IMG/VR virus record: IMGVR_UViG_3300024042_000003
Coordinates: 1-36,004 of that record
Strand: one strand, 5' to 3'
Length of the DNA stretch: 36,004 nt
Source: a virus
Lineage: Duplodnaviria; Caudoviricetes
The position numbers were made by a program, and so were the translations under genes. The notes under the pieces were generated by a model, which ran no database searches, was not told where the DNA came from, and saw nothing but the letters and a program-made list of their open reading frames with translations. This document shows, piece after piece, positions 16,649-25,619 of the stretch (position 1 is its first letter; each line of letters starts with the position of its first letter).

Positions 16649-17388
16649 TTCGCCCCACCCTTCTCGCTGGCCCGCACGGCTGCAGCCGCGAAGTAGCGTT
16701 CTTCCTGCCGCGCCGAGGGCGTGAAGCGCTTGCCCTGGCGAAAGCGGTGGTGCGCCTCGGCGAAGAGCTGGGCGCGGTGCTTTTCCAGCCAGGCCGTGTT
16801 CACGGGCTTGGCAACGTCAACGACCCAGAAGCGGCGGTTGCCGGCGTCGCGCAGGTAGTCGCTCTTGCCGCTGGTGCACCACACGATGAACTGGCGCGGC
16901 TTCTCCTCGCTCCCGCTGCTGTAGGGCGCGCGAAAGCGGTCTACACGGCAGGAGAGAAAGGCCTTCGCGCATTCGATCTCTGCGCGGCTGAACATGGAAA
17001 GCTCCGCCAGCTCATAGGCCAGGATGCCTTCGCTGGCCGGAAGAAAGCGCATGGAGCCGTTCCTGAACTCGGCGGGCACGTCGCTGTAGTGGCCTGCGCC
17101 TACCAGTGCCTGCACCAGCGTCGATTTGCCCATGCCGCCAGGGCCGCACAGCAGCACCGCGTGGTCGAACTTGCAGCCAGGCTCCAGCACGCGCGCCACG
17201 TGCGCCATGGCGATGTAGCGGCCTACCAGCTCAAGGTAGCGGCGCTCTTTCTTGCTGGCCGTGGCGTCCAGGCCCAGGACCTTGGGAAGCCAGCGGTTGA
17301 GGCGGGGTTTGCCGTCCCAGTGCTGGGTCAGGAGCCCGCTGGGAGAGGTGTTTGTGCACACGGGTGCACTGGGGGGATGGGTGTGCAT
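16645..17388 (-). CDS. Stand-alone VapE/VirE-family P-loop ATPase domain
   Basis: WDGKPRL, EPGCKFD, Walker A GPGGMGKST, YELAEL, DRFRAPY, GNRRFW. Paralogous to the C-terminal part of 21695-24457. Confidence 0.85.
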   Translation of the reverse strand: MHTHPPSAPVCTNTSPSGLLTQHWDGKPRLNRWLPKVLGLDATASKKERRYLELVGRYIAMAHVARVLEPGCKFDHAVLLCGPGGMGKSTLVQALVGAGHYSDVPAEFRNGSMRFLPASEGILAYELAELSMFSRAEIECAKAFLSCRVDRFRAPYSSGSEEKPRQFIVWCTSGKSDYLRDAGNRRFWVVDVAKPVNTAWLEKHRAQLFAEAHHRFRQGKRFTPSARQEERYFAAAAVRASEKGGAK

Positions 17389-17417
17389 TGCTGCCCTTCG
17401 TGGTGGACGATGGGAGC

Positions 17418-17461
17418 ATTATGCAAATTTGCGTAATTTGGTCAATGCAAAAATGCATTAT
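17418..17461 (-). promoter_or_regulatory. PL promoter and OL operators
   Basis: Minus strand TTGACC-N16-CATAAT. Palindromic operators ATTATGCA-AATT-TGCGTAAT (17418-17437) and TCAATGCA-AAAA-TGCATTAT (17442-17461) match those between cI and cro. Confidence 0.75.
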
Positions 17462-17515
17462 TCGATGAGTCAAACTTGCCCTGTCTGTTTCAGGTTGTTG
17501 CTTTTTGGAGGTCGA

Positions 17516-17965
17516 ATGGCTCTCGTCAAGTGCAAAGCGCGCGGCGCCCGGTGGCAAAGGGGTAGGTCTCTCCTGACATGGTTTGTGATCTTGATTGCAG
17601 TGGCGGCGGTGGGGTCGTGGCTTGTAGGGGGCGATGGTCAGACGCGCTCTGAAAATGTTTCAAAGGCGGCGCGCTCAGTGGTTCAGGCTGTGCAGGATCC
17701 GAAGGACGACGCGGACTTTCAGTTTGCGGTGACAGCGGCCAAGGCTGTGCGGGCGTCGCTCAAGGACCCGGCCTCCTTTGAGGTCGTTCGCGCGGGTCTT
17801 ATTGATGGTGGCGCGCTATGCTTGGAGTACCGTGGAAAAAACAGCTTCGGTGCCGTTACGGTAGAGCGCATTGCGGTCACGCGCGCTGGTAGAAAAGGCG
17901 ACTGGAACAAAGAATGCGGCGGGAAGTCGGGCGAAGACATGGGGCGTATCAAATACGCCATGTGA
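17516..17965 (+). CDS. Membrane-anchored moron protein
   Basis: GGAGG RBS, N-terminal TM helix, periplasmic-type domain with LKDPASF..CLEYRGKNSFGA. Confidence 0.75.
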   Translation: MALVKCKARGARWQRGRSLLTWFVILIAVAAVGSWLVGGDGQTRSENVSKAARSVVQAVQDPKDDADFQFAVTAAKAVRASLKDPASFEVVRAGLIDGGALCLEYRGKNSFGAVTVERIAVTRAGRKGDWNKECGGKSGEDMGRIKYAM

Positions 17966-18028
17966 GACTTTTAGTGCACGAAGACCTCTGGGCAACCGCT
18001 CTAGCCTGCCGAGACTGACCAGCACCAC

Positions 18029-18066
18029 AAAAATAAAAAGCCCGCATTTGCGGGATTTTTATTTTT
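18029..18066. terminator. Bidirectional terminator
   Basis: AAAAATAAAAA-G-CCCGCA-TT-TGCGGG-A-TTTTTATTTTT between convergent genes. Confidence 0.85.
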
Positions 18067-18463
18067 ACTTGCCCTGGGCAGCCGCCCCACGGCGCTTAAC
18101 ACCGATCACGAATGCCGACACCAAGCCCACCACCGTAGTGCCACCCACCACGCCCGCTACCACATCGTGACCACTCATAGCCAACTGGTAGCAGGTGTAG
18201 AGAGCCGCCAAGCCGATGGTCAGACCGGCAAACATACTGAGCATGCGCTCAGTAAAGATCATGGTGTTGACTCGGGTAATCTCCTTGCGACGGAAGTCCC
18301 CTTCTTTCTGGGTCTCATCGAAAACCCAGTCCACACGGGCCGGATTGATAGCGTGCAGGCGCTCGATCTGCGCCATGGGCAGCACAGGCGCGTCCGTCTC
18401 ATGGTGCGAGACGGTCACATGGGAATCCTTATTGCGTAGCTGCGCAGTGGTCGATTTCGCCAT
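18065..18463 (-). CDS. DUF2335-like membrane protein
   Basis: PVLP..QIERL..INP..VDWVF...QKE..FR followed by two TM helices. Confidence 0.65.
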   Translation of the reverse strand: MAKSTTAQLRNKDSHVTVSHHETDAPVLPMAQIERLHAINPARVDWVFDETQKEGDFRRKEITRVNTMIFTERMLSMFAGLTIGLAALYTCYQLAMSGHDVVAGVVGGTTVVGLVSAFVIGVKRRGAAAQGK

Positions 18464-18650
18464 GTTCCGTTTTTTTCAACTCTTTATCTGTCTGCTTGCC
18501 CAGCCTACGGCCCACCACAGCCATGTCACCGACTATGTGCTGCATGTCCTTCTGGCGGTCTCCAAGCTCCGGGTATCGGTACTGAGGGGCCGTGCCGAGA
18601 GCGCCTAGAGCCTGCCCTACTCCAGCAAGAATGTTCAGTAGATGATGCAT
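18429..18650 (-). CDS. Small protein upstream of the DUF2335-like gene
   Basis: 73 aa MHHLLNIL...D..KDM..I.GDM.VVG, overlapping the next gene. Confidence 0.6.
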   Translation of the reverse strand: MHHLLNILAGVGQALGALGTAPQYRYPELGDRQKDMQHIVGDMAVVGRRLGKQTDKELKKTEHGEIDHCAATQ

Positions 18651-18915
18651 TTCGTACTCTTTCCAGCTTGACGGCCAAGGTGAAGCCAGTAGTAGCGTGC
18701 CGCATATGCGGCCAGTGCCCGGCCACAAAACTAAGCGCCCGGGCAGCCGGGCAGCCGGGCCGGCTGGCCGGCCAAGTGCCCGCATTGTGCCCGATTGAAC
18801 GGCGGCGCGCCAACTATTGAAAAGAGTGCACACGTGTGCACAGATAAATTGAACCATAGTTGACTTTTTGTCTAGCCCTCTGCAGACGGAGGGCAGAGTG
18901 GTGCATGCGGCCGTG

Positions 18916-19443
18916 TCAAACGGAATTTGATGATTTGTGCAGAGGGTCGTTTCCCTGCACGTCTAGTAGAGCGCCGATCCTTTCGCCAGTCAGTGCGGCA
19001 CGCTCCGGGTGTATTGCTACGTCATGCAGCAGCGTGGCAACAGCCTTGCGCGCGGATTCGTCATAGTCTTCAAGCGCCCTCCCAAGCATGGTCACAAGCT
19101 CGCGCACACTTTGCCGGTGCCGTGGGCGTAGTGGTGTCGGTGCTGCTGCCCATGTGGCGATGGGTTCTGCAACGTGGTGGGCTGGGGTGTCTGCCTGGGC
19201 TTTTATGAGACCTTGCTCAATTGCAATTTGGCGGGCAATGGCTGGCTGGTAGAAAGCCTCCACGCCGATCCCGAAATAGCGCGCGATGGGCGCCAGGGTG
19301 TCTGGGCGCGGGTTCTTCGTCTCCCTGGAGAGGTAGCGCTGCATCTGGGACTGCAGCGTGCGCTTGCGCAGGATGTCGGCCAAGGCATTCGGCGTGAGGT
19401 TGCGCTTCTCCAACAGCAGCTTGAGCAGTTCTGGGCCGTCCAT
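18916..19443 (-). CDS. CI-like HTH repressor without a peptidase S24 domain
   Basis: N-terminal Xre HTH (LTPNALAD..LQSQMQRYLS.ETKNPR.DTL.PIA.YFG). Divergent from the cro-like gene. Confidence 0.8.
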   Translation of the reverse strand: MDGPELLKLLLEKRNLTPNALADILRKRTLQSQMQRYLSRETKNPRPDTLAPIARYFGIGVEAFYQPAIARQIAIEQGLIKAQADTPAHHVAEPIATWAAAPTPLRPRHRQSVRELVTMLGRALEDYDESARKAVATLLHDVAIHPERAALTGERIGALLDVQGNDPLHKSSNSV

Positions 19444-19449
19444 CGCAGA

Positions 19450-19507
19450 ACTATGCAACATTGAATAATGCAAAAAGTCTTGGGAAAATTACGCAAAAGT
19501 GCATAAT
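19450..19507. promoter_or_regulatory. OR operators with PR/PRM
   Basis: ACTATGCA-ACAT-TGAATAAT (19450-19469) and ATTACGCA-AAAG-TGCATAAT (19488-19507; 18/20 to the reverse complement of OL1). PR reads TTGGGA-N16-CATAAT. Confidence 0.75.
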
Positions 19508-19513
19508 CGCGGC

Positions 19514-19753
19514 ATGAGCCGAACGTCCCAGATCATTCAGTTTTTGCTTCAAGCGGGCTTGACGCAGGTCGAGATTGCAAAGCGCACAGGGATTCCCCAG
19601 TGCCGAGTTTCCCGCTGGGTGCTGGGTGGCGCTCCCCGTGCAGCTGACGATGTGCTTAAGCTCCGGGATCTCGCAGCAGAGCTGCAAGCCGCTGCTGATT
19701 CGACGGCGCCATTTTCCGCCACGCCTGGTGCGCAGGGAGCGGCCCATGCGTAG
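19514..19753 (+). CDS. cro: Cro-like HTH protein
   Basis: GLTQVEIAKRTGIPQCRVSRW HTH, divergent from cI. Confidence 0.85.
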   Translation: MSRTSQIIQFLLQAGLTQVEIAKRTGIPQCRVSRWVLGGAPRAADDVLKLRDLAAELQAAADSTAPFSATPGAQGAAHA

Positions 19754-20312
19754 CACCACTTCCCGGCGCCTTGCGCAATGCCGCAGTGTGCGTGACAGCT
19801 CGCTACCCATCCGGGTAGACAGATTGCCGTCAGTGTCTGGCCCGCTTCCGTCTGCGCCGGGTGATCTTGGGGGGACGGGCTCGCCTCCGGGGCGTTGTGC
19901 TCGATTCGCCGCCCTCTGCATCGGCGCCAATGGCCTGGCCGCCGCCTGGAGCCTGTACACGGGCCGCCCCATCACGCCCGAGGGCATGGCAGCGGGCGGC
20001 GTGGCCTCGGCCCTGGTGCTGTACGGGCTGGATCGGCTGTCCGCGCGGTTGTCGCGGCGCAAGGGGGGTGAGATGGCATCCATCCCAGATTTCAAATACA
20101 CATCCATGTGGTCGCGGATGCTGGCTTGGCTGGTGTTCATGCCGCCATTCAACTGGATCGGCAACATGCAAACCCATGTGGCCGAGGCCCAACTCAAGCA
20201 GGCATTCGGGGAGTGCGGTGCGCAGTCTATTTCTCTCGCGCTGATCGTCCGAGGGCCGCAACAAAGCTCGTTGCCATCTGCCATTCCATCAGACCTTGGT
20301 GCGTCGAAATGA
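19746..20312 (+). CDS. Hypothetical membrane protein (3' boundary uncertain)
   Basis: ATG overlaps the cro end and two hydrophobic segments follow. The 3' end overlaps an antisense ORF. Confidence 0.35.
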   Translation: MRSTTSRRLAQCRSVRDSSLPIRVDRLPSVSGPLPSAPGDLGGTGSPPGRCARFAALCIGANGLAAAWSLYTGRPITPEGMAAGGVASALVLYGLDRLSARLSRRKGGEMASIPDFKYTSMWSRMLAWLVFMPPFNWIGNMQTHVAEAQLKQAFGECGAQSISLALIVRGPQQSSLPSAIPSDLGASK

Positions 20313-20565
20313 TGTTCTCGGTCAGCTCCAGCACGCTGATGTTGTCGCCTGTTTTGAGGCCAATGTCTTTCCAGAGCGCTTTGAGCAATTCGCCCGTGTC
20401 CATGGTTGTCACGCCAGCAAAGCCGAAGGCGATGTCCGACGAGAACACGCCAGCAAAGTTCTCCAGCCGTGCTTTTGCGCAGCTCGCGGCCTTCAGTCCC
20501 ATAGGGCCCAGGTTCTCCCGCGTCAGTTTGCTGGCGAAGTGGATCAGTACCAAAACTCGTTTCAT
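20227..20565 (-). CDS. Antisense moron-like hypothetical protein (112 aa)
   Basis: Start MKRVLVLIHF after an AAAGGGG RBS, with protein-like composition. Confidence 0.6.
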   Translation of the reverse strand: MKRVLVLIHFASKLTRENLGPMGLKAASCAKARLENFAGVFSSDIAFGFAGVTTMDTGELLKALWKDIGLKTGDNISVLELTENIISTHQGLMEWQMATSFVAALGRSAREK

Positions 20566-20835
20566 GGGCGCCCCTTTCGTGGCAAGTGGTTGTGTGAGAA
20601 CTCCATTGTGCTGCCACGTCTGCGGGCGCCCGCCCTTTCCCACCCGCCCCGCCCAAGGCCATGCCGTCGGGGGTTCGCTCCTCTCCCTCCATGTTGGTGC
20701 GCCGCGCGCGGGCAGGTGCGCGGCGCTTCGCATGGCTGCGGCGCGGGTGGCTTTGTCTTCCTCTCTTCTCCATGGCGCGCAGTCTCGCAGGCGCGCGCCG
20801 GTTCATCCATAGCCCTTCGCGTGAGGTTTTGCACT

Positions 20836-21330
20836 ATGAGTTTGCTTGATGCCGCCCGGCGCACGGTGCGCCACTACCCTGGGGGCCTGGGTGCCATGGC
20901 CGTGCGCCTGCAAAAGCAGCGCGGCACGCTGGAGCGCGAGCTTCGCGGCACGCCGGGCTACAAGCTGGGCGCGGTGGATGCCCTCGAAATCGCCGTGCTG
21001 GCCCAGGAGCAGGGCGGCGAGCACGCCTTGGCCTACCCCAACACGGTGGCCGATGCCCTGGGCGCCCTGCTGGTGCTGCTGCCGCATGACGGCAACGTGC
21101 GCGCGGCCTCGGCCCAAGACGTGGCGCGGCTCATGCAGGAGTGCGCCGAGGTGGTCATGGCCGTGGCCCAGGTGGAGGCGGACGGCCGCATTACCCCGCG
21201 CGAGCTGGCCGACCTGCAGCGCCTGTGGGCCGACGTGGTGGCCGCTGGCCAGGTGCTGCTGCGCAACATGCGCGCGCGGCACGACGCCGAAGTGCTCCGC
21301 CACCGCGCTGCTGTGGAGGCTGCGCAATGA
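20836..21330 (+). CDS. Phage regulatory protein, CII family
   Basis: YPGG..AMA.RL....GTL..EL...YKLG and a C-terminal DGRITPRE motif, typical of 186-CII-like proteins. Confidence 0.75.
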   Translation: MSLLDAARRTVRHYPGGLGAMAVRLQKQRGTLERELRGTPGYKLGAVDALEIAVLAQEQGGEHALAYPNTVADALGALLVLLPHDGNVRAASAQDVARLMQECAEVVMAVAQVEADGRITPRELADLQRLWADVVAAGQVLLRNMRARHDAEVLRHRAAVEAAQ

Positions 21331-21620
21331 GGCCAGCCGGAGAAGTTCACCAGGCGCTGCTGCAGGCCTGCGCTGCCCTGGCCACGGCGCAGCGCGGCGC
21401 CACGCTGCGGGAGCTGGCGGCGCAGGCCTGCGTGGGCCGGGCCGTGGCCGGGGCCACCGTCAAGAACATGCGCCGCGCTGGCGTGCTGGCTGTGCCGCGC
21501 ACGCGCATCGTCACGTACCGCAATCGTCCTGTGGCCGAGTATGTGCCCGCGTCGATGGCGGGCGGCGCGGCGAACGATGCCAGCGCGGGCGTGATTCCGC
21601 TCCTGCAGGCCTGGAGGTAA
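21327..21620 (+). CDS. Winged-helix-like DNA-binding protein
   Basis: ATLRELAAQACVG..VA.ATVKNMRRAG.L..NRPVAEY. ATGA-coupled. Confidence 0.65.
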   Translation: MRPAGEVHQALLQACAALATAQRGATLRELAAQACVGRAVAGATVKNMRRAGVLAVPRTRIVTYRNRPVAEYVPASMAGGAANDASAGVIPLLQAWR

Positions 21621-21694
21621 GCCATGGTTGTGATGCAAGCCGCTGGCGGTGGGACGCCGGTTTGTATGGGCTGCGCGCTGCATAAGGGGGCGGC

Positions 21695-24457
21695 ATGACG
21701 GGGCGCCGTGATCTGCCACCGCTCAAGTTCAAGGCGCTGGCTGACGCCCTGCTACCCATGGCCAAAACGCTGGTGCCCGCGTGGCTCTCCGGTGGTGTGC
21801 AGCGTGGGCATGAGTGGGTATGTGGCTCCCTGGCCGGAGGTGCGGGGGGGAGTTGTTCCGTCAACCTGGTAAACGGGAAATGGGCGGACTTCTCGGGCGA
21901 CGAAAGCGACGATGCGGGCAACGACCTGCTCAGCTTGTACGCCAGGATCAACGGCCTTTCGATGGCGCAGGCCTGCGTGGAGCTTGCCCGCGCCCATGGC
22001 CTGGAGAGCGAGGCTGGGGTGGTGATGGATGCCCATGGCGGTGCGCCGCCACCACGCCCGGCACGGCCAGCGCCGCCGCCCAAGCCTGCGCCGGAGCGCG
22101 AAGGGTGGAAGGCCATTGTGCCGGTGCCGGGGTATGCGCCCAAGGTCAACTTCAAGCACCAGCACCGCACCGAGGCTGACATCGTCCACGTCAGCGAGTA
22201 TTGGCGCGATGCTGACTTGCTGGGCTACGTGGTGCGCTTTCGCACCAGTGACGGCGGCAAGGATGACATTGCGCGCACGTGGTGCGAGAGCCAGACCAAG
22301 GGCGGCAGCCGCTGGCACTGGAAGCAGTGGGAGGAACCACGCCCCCTGTACCTGCCCGGCCGCACGCTGCCCGAGGGCCGAACGGTGGTGCTGGTGGAGG
22401 GGGAGATCAAGGCCGCCGTGCTGCAGGCCCTGCTGGATGCCTGCGCCCCCGGCGTGTACGTGGTGGTAGGCTGGCCCGGTGGCTGCAAGGCGTGGCAAAA
22501 GGTCGCGTGGAACTGGCTGGCCGGGCGCACGGTGATCCTGTGGCCCGACACGGACAGCAAGCGGGAGCAGCCCAGCGCGAAGGAGCGCAAGGCGCTGGAG
22601 GCTGAGTGGTGCGAGCGCCTGGGCATTGCCGACACTGCGGGCCTCAAAGACGTGCCCGAGTACCTGGCCGCGCTGCAGGCCCTGAAAGACGCCAAGCCCT
22701 ACCTGGCCTACACCGACCAGCCCGGCATGAAGGCCATGCGCGGCATTGGCGCCGTGCTGCGCGATGCGCATGCATGCACCGTGCAACTGCTGCCCATCGA
22801 CCCGCCGGGCGTGAAGCCCGATGGCTGGGACTGCAAGGACGCCATCCAGACCGATGGCTGGACGGGCGAGCAGGTGCTTGCGTTCTTTGGCCGGGCCGTG
22901 GCCCTTGTCGATACGGCGGCGGCCCCGCCCGCCAAAAAAACCGATGGCCCCGTTGGCACCCAGGGCGGTGATATGCGGGAGTCTGAACAGGGCGATGCCG
23001 GGCCGCTGGTCAAGTGCGGAAACCGCATGGTGCCGGAGTGGCTGAGCTGGTTCTACGACCCCGAGAAAGAGCGCTGGAACGTCTCGCGCAAGACTGTCAT
23101 CTCGGCGCTGGAGCGGGCGCCGGAGCTGCGCGGCGTGGTGGCCTACGACGAGCTGCGCAACACCGTCGTGTGCCGCCAGGCCTTCCCGTGGCCGTACAGC
23201 AAGCCGGGCGAGATCCGGGGCGCCGACGCGCTGCTGCTGGGCAAGTGGATGTCGGACAGCTGGGGCCTGCCTGCCATCTCCAAGGCCGGCCTGGAGGAAG
23301 GCATACAGACCGTGGCGCATGCCAACCGCTACCACCCGGTGCGGGAGTGGCTGGGCGGCCTGGCATGGGATGGCAAGCTGCGCCTGGACAAGTGGCTCAT
23401 GCACGTCCTGGGCGAGAAGCCCGGCACCGTGCGCCCGGACATGGCCGACTACCTGCGCCTGGTGGGCCGCTACTGGGTGCTGGGCATGGTGTACCGGGTG
23501 ATGGAGCCTGGTTGCAAGTTCGACTACTGCCCGGTGCTGGAAGGCGAGGGCGGCCTGCGCAAGTCCACGCTGGTCGAGACCCTGGCGGGCAGCGACTACT
23601 ACAGCGACACGCCTTTCGAGGTGGGGCGCGGCAAGGAAGGCCCGGAGCAGGTGCAGGGCTGCGTGCTTTATGAAATCGCGGAGCTGACGCATTTCAGCAA
23701 GGCGGAGGTGGGCGCCATCAAGGCGTTCATTAGCTCCAAGGTGGATCGCTACCGCGTGGCGTATGGCGCCACGGTGGAAGCCTTCCCGCGCCAGTGCGTG
23801 CTGGTGGGCACCACCAATGAGGATACCTACCTGCGCGACCGCACGGGCAACCGGCGATTCTGGCCGATCCCCGTGCGCCATCAGATCAACACCGAATGGG
23901 TGGAGAAGTACCGCGAGCAGCTCATGGCCGAGGCCTATGCGCTGTACCTGCAGGGCGAGCGCTACACGCCCACGCCCGAGGAAGAGGCGAGGCTGTTCCG
24001 GCGCATGCAGGAATCCCGCCTGGTTGAAACGGCCATCGAATCGGAGCTGCTGCAGGTGCTCACGCGCAAGCCGAACCCCAATGCCAGCGGCCCCACCAGC
24101 TTTGTGCATGGCGAGGCGCCGCACGTCACCATCGCGCAGCTTGTGCAGGCGCTAGGGGTGGATGTGGCCAAGGCGCCGAATGGGCTGCAGGGGCAGATAT
24201 CGGCATGGCTCAAGCATGAGGGCTGGGAGCACCTCAAGAAAATGATCGGCGGCGTGCGCGGGTGGCGCTACCACCGGCCCGATGGCTGGCCGCGCAACGA
24301 TTCGCCCGTGGGCCTGGACCACCCCGAGGACGATGAAGACGCCGATGCGGGCCAGGCGCCAGCGCAGCAGCCTGCTGCGCCTGCCGCACCGTCAACCCCT
24401 GCCGCTGCCTACCTGGCGGAGCAGGGCGGCTGGGAGGGCGACAGTGCACCCATTTGA
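21695..24457 (+). CDS. Toprim primase fused to a VapE-family helicase (replication protein)
   Basis: GKWADF N-terminal domain, Toprim VVLVEGE..VILWPDTD..GWD.KD, P-loop GEGGLRKST, VGTTN, TGNRRFWP. Confidence 0.9.
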   Translation: MTGRRDLPPLKFKALADALLPMAKTLVPAWLSGGVQRGHEWVCGSLAGGAGGSCSVNLVNGKWADFSGDESDDAGNDLLSLYARINGLSMAQACVELARAHGLESEAGVVMDAHGGAPPPRPARPAPPPKPAPEREGWKAIVPVPGYAPKVNFKHQHRTEADIVHVSEYWRDADLLGYVVRFRTSDGGKDDIARTWCESQTKGGSRWHWKQWEEPRPLYLPGRTLPEGRTVVLVEGEIKAAVLQALLDACAPGVYVVVGWPGGCKAWQKVAWNWLAGRTVILWPDTDSKREQPSAKERKALEAEWCERLGIADTAGLKDVPEYLAALQALKDAKPYLAYTDQPGMKAMRGIGAVLRDAHACTVQLLPIDPPGVKPDGWDCKDAIQTDGWTGEQVLAFFGRAVALVDTAAAPPAKKTDGPVGTQGGDMRESEQGDAGPLVKCGNRMVPEWLSWFYDPEKERWNVSRKTVISALERAPELRGVVAYDELRNTVVCRQAFPWPYSKPGEIRGADALLLGKWMSDSWGLPAISKAGLEEGIQTVAHANRYHPVREWLGGLAWDGKLRLDKWLMHVLGEKPGTVRPDMADYLRLVGRYWVLGMVYRVMEPGCKFDYCPVLEGEGGLRKSTLVETLAGSDYYSDTPFEVGRGKEGPEQVQGCVLYEIAELTHFSKAEVGAIKAFISSKVDRYRVAYGATVEAFPRQCVLVGTTNEDTYLRDRTGNRRFWPIPVRHQINTEWVEKYREQLMAEAYALYLQGERYTPTPEEEARLFRRMQESRLVETAIESELLQVLTRKPNPNASGPTSFVHGEAPHVTIAQLVQALGVDVAKAPNGLQGQISAWLKHEGWEHLKKMIGGVRGWRYHRPDGWPRNDSPVGLDHPEDDEDADAGQAPAQQPAAPAAPSTPAAAYLAEQGGWEGDSAPI

Positions 24458-24620
24458 GGCGATGCCTCGCATTCATCACGCGGCGCCTGAAACGCGCCGC
24501 ACCGCGCACTGTGGGGGAGGCGTGATTCGCGCCACGGTGTCGGCACGGGGCGCGCGGCGCCCAGCCTGCGGTGCGGTGGCGGGGATGGCCTGCCATGCGC
24601 CCATGACCTGAGTGGCCATG

Positions 24621-24835
24621 TGTCCACGGTGTCCATCGGTTTTGCATGGATTCCACCAGCTACCCCAATTCCCCGTTTTTTGGAGTTGAGGCCGCTGCAT
24701 TGCCCGGGGCCTGCGAGCCGGGCGCCGCGCTCTACGGTGCGGGCGGGCGCAGGCGGGCATGTGCGCTCGCGCTCGCGCAGGCGCAATCCCCCCACCTGTG
24801 TGATCTCTATTAAGAAAGGATGGACAGTATGGACA
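24621..24835. repeat. Symmetric TGTCCA pairs, candidate phage ori
   Basis: TGTCCA at 24621 and 24630, inverted TGGACA at 24821 and 24830, directly downstream of the primase gene. Confidence 0.45.
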
Positions 24836-25200
24836 CTAGGCCACCCAAGGCGGCAGAGCAGGGAGCGGCAGTGGCGGCGCAGCTCGTGGCCCAGCGGCTT
24901 GAGACCATCCGCCGCTACATGCCCGAGACCCTGGCCTGCATCCGTGACCGGGCCGAACACTTCGGCGAAGAGGCCTATGCCCTGGTGCGGCGTGGCCTGC
25001 GCGGGGAGCCGGGGTGCTTTTATGCGGTGGAGAACGGCCACGTCATGGGCCAGCCCGCAGGCCTGCCCAGCGGCGTGCTGCGCGATGCGGCCGGGTTCAT
25101 GGTGGAGTTTGGCTGTACACACGTGTGCATCTGGCCTGAGCGCGTGTGGCAGGGCCGGGCAGTGGGCCAGGACGGCGGGGGGCAGCATGGCGCGGATTGA
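24820..25200 (+). CDS. Conserved hypothetical phage protein
   Basis: MPET..I..RA...G.EAYALVRRGLRGEPGCFYAVENGHVMG. The start may be 24829. Confidence 0.7.
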   Translation: MDSMDTRPPKAAEQGAAVAAQLVAQRLETIRRYMPETLACIRDRAEHFGEEAYALVRRGLRGEPGCFYAVENGHVMGQPAGLPSGVLRDAAGFMVEFGCTHVCIWPERVWQGRAVGQDGGGQHGAD

Positions 25201-25606
25201 GTACATCAAGCGCCGCCTGGACAATTGGGCGCTGTGGAAGGCCCGGCAGAACGATGCAGGCCTCGGGTTTCACGCGCGCAGCATCCTGGCCGTGGATGTC
25301 TGGAACCGTGGCAGCTACAACGGTGCCAGCATCCCGCACTTCGAGGAGGAGGCAGCGGAGACCGATGAGGCAGTGACGGCGCTCAAGCTGGGCCGGGGCC
25401 ATCTCTACGTCACGCTGGACTGCATCTACCTCAAGGATCTGGGCATCAAGCAAACGGCCCGGCGCATGCAGCGGGCCGAGTCCACGATCAAGGCGCAGCT
25501 CGATGCGGCAGACCACGCCATCGCCGCCTGGCTGGATGCGCGCGCCGTGGAACGCGAGCGTCAGCGCGCCATGGCAATAGCCCGCAGGGCGCGCGGCGAG
25601 CTATAG
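25187..25606 (+). CDS. Q-like late antiterminator
   Basis: RL.NWA.W N-terminus and C-terminal HTH (IKQTARRMQRAESTIKAQL). Located just before a promoter-terminator unit and the late genes. Confidence 0.75.
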   Translation: MARIEYIKRRLDNWALWKARQNDAGLGFHARSILAVDVWNRGSYNGASIPHFEEEAAETDEAVTALKLGRGHLYVTLDCIYLKDLGIKQTARRMQRAESTIKAQLDAADHAIAAWLDARAVERERQRAMAIARRARGEL

Positions 25607-25619
25607 GCGCGCGGGGAGT

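Noticed and set aside
18739-18773. CCGGGCAG short tandem repeat
   Set aside because: Only 2-3 GC-rich units, which is expected by chance.
16645-24457. VapE duplication as a diversity-generating retroelement TR/VR pair
   Set aside because: The copies are diverged throughout at protein level rather than at adenines only, and no reverse transcriptase is present.
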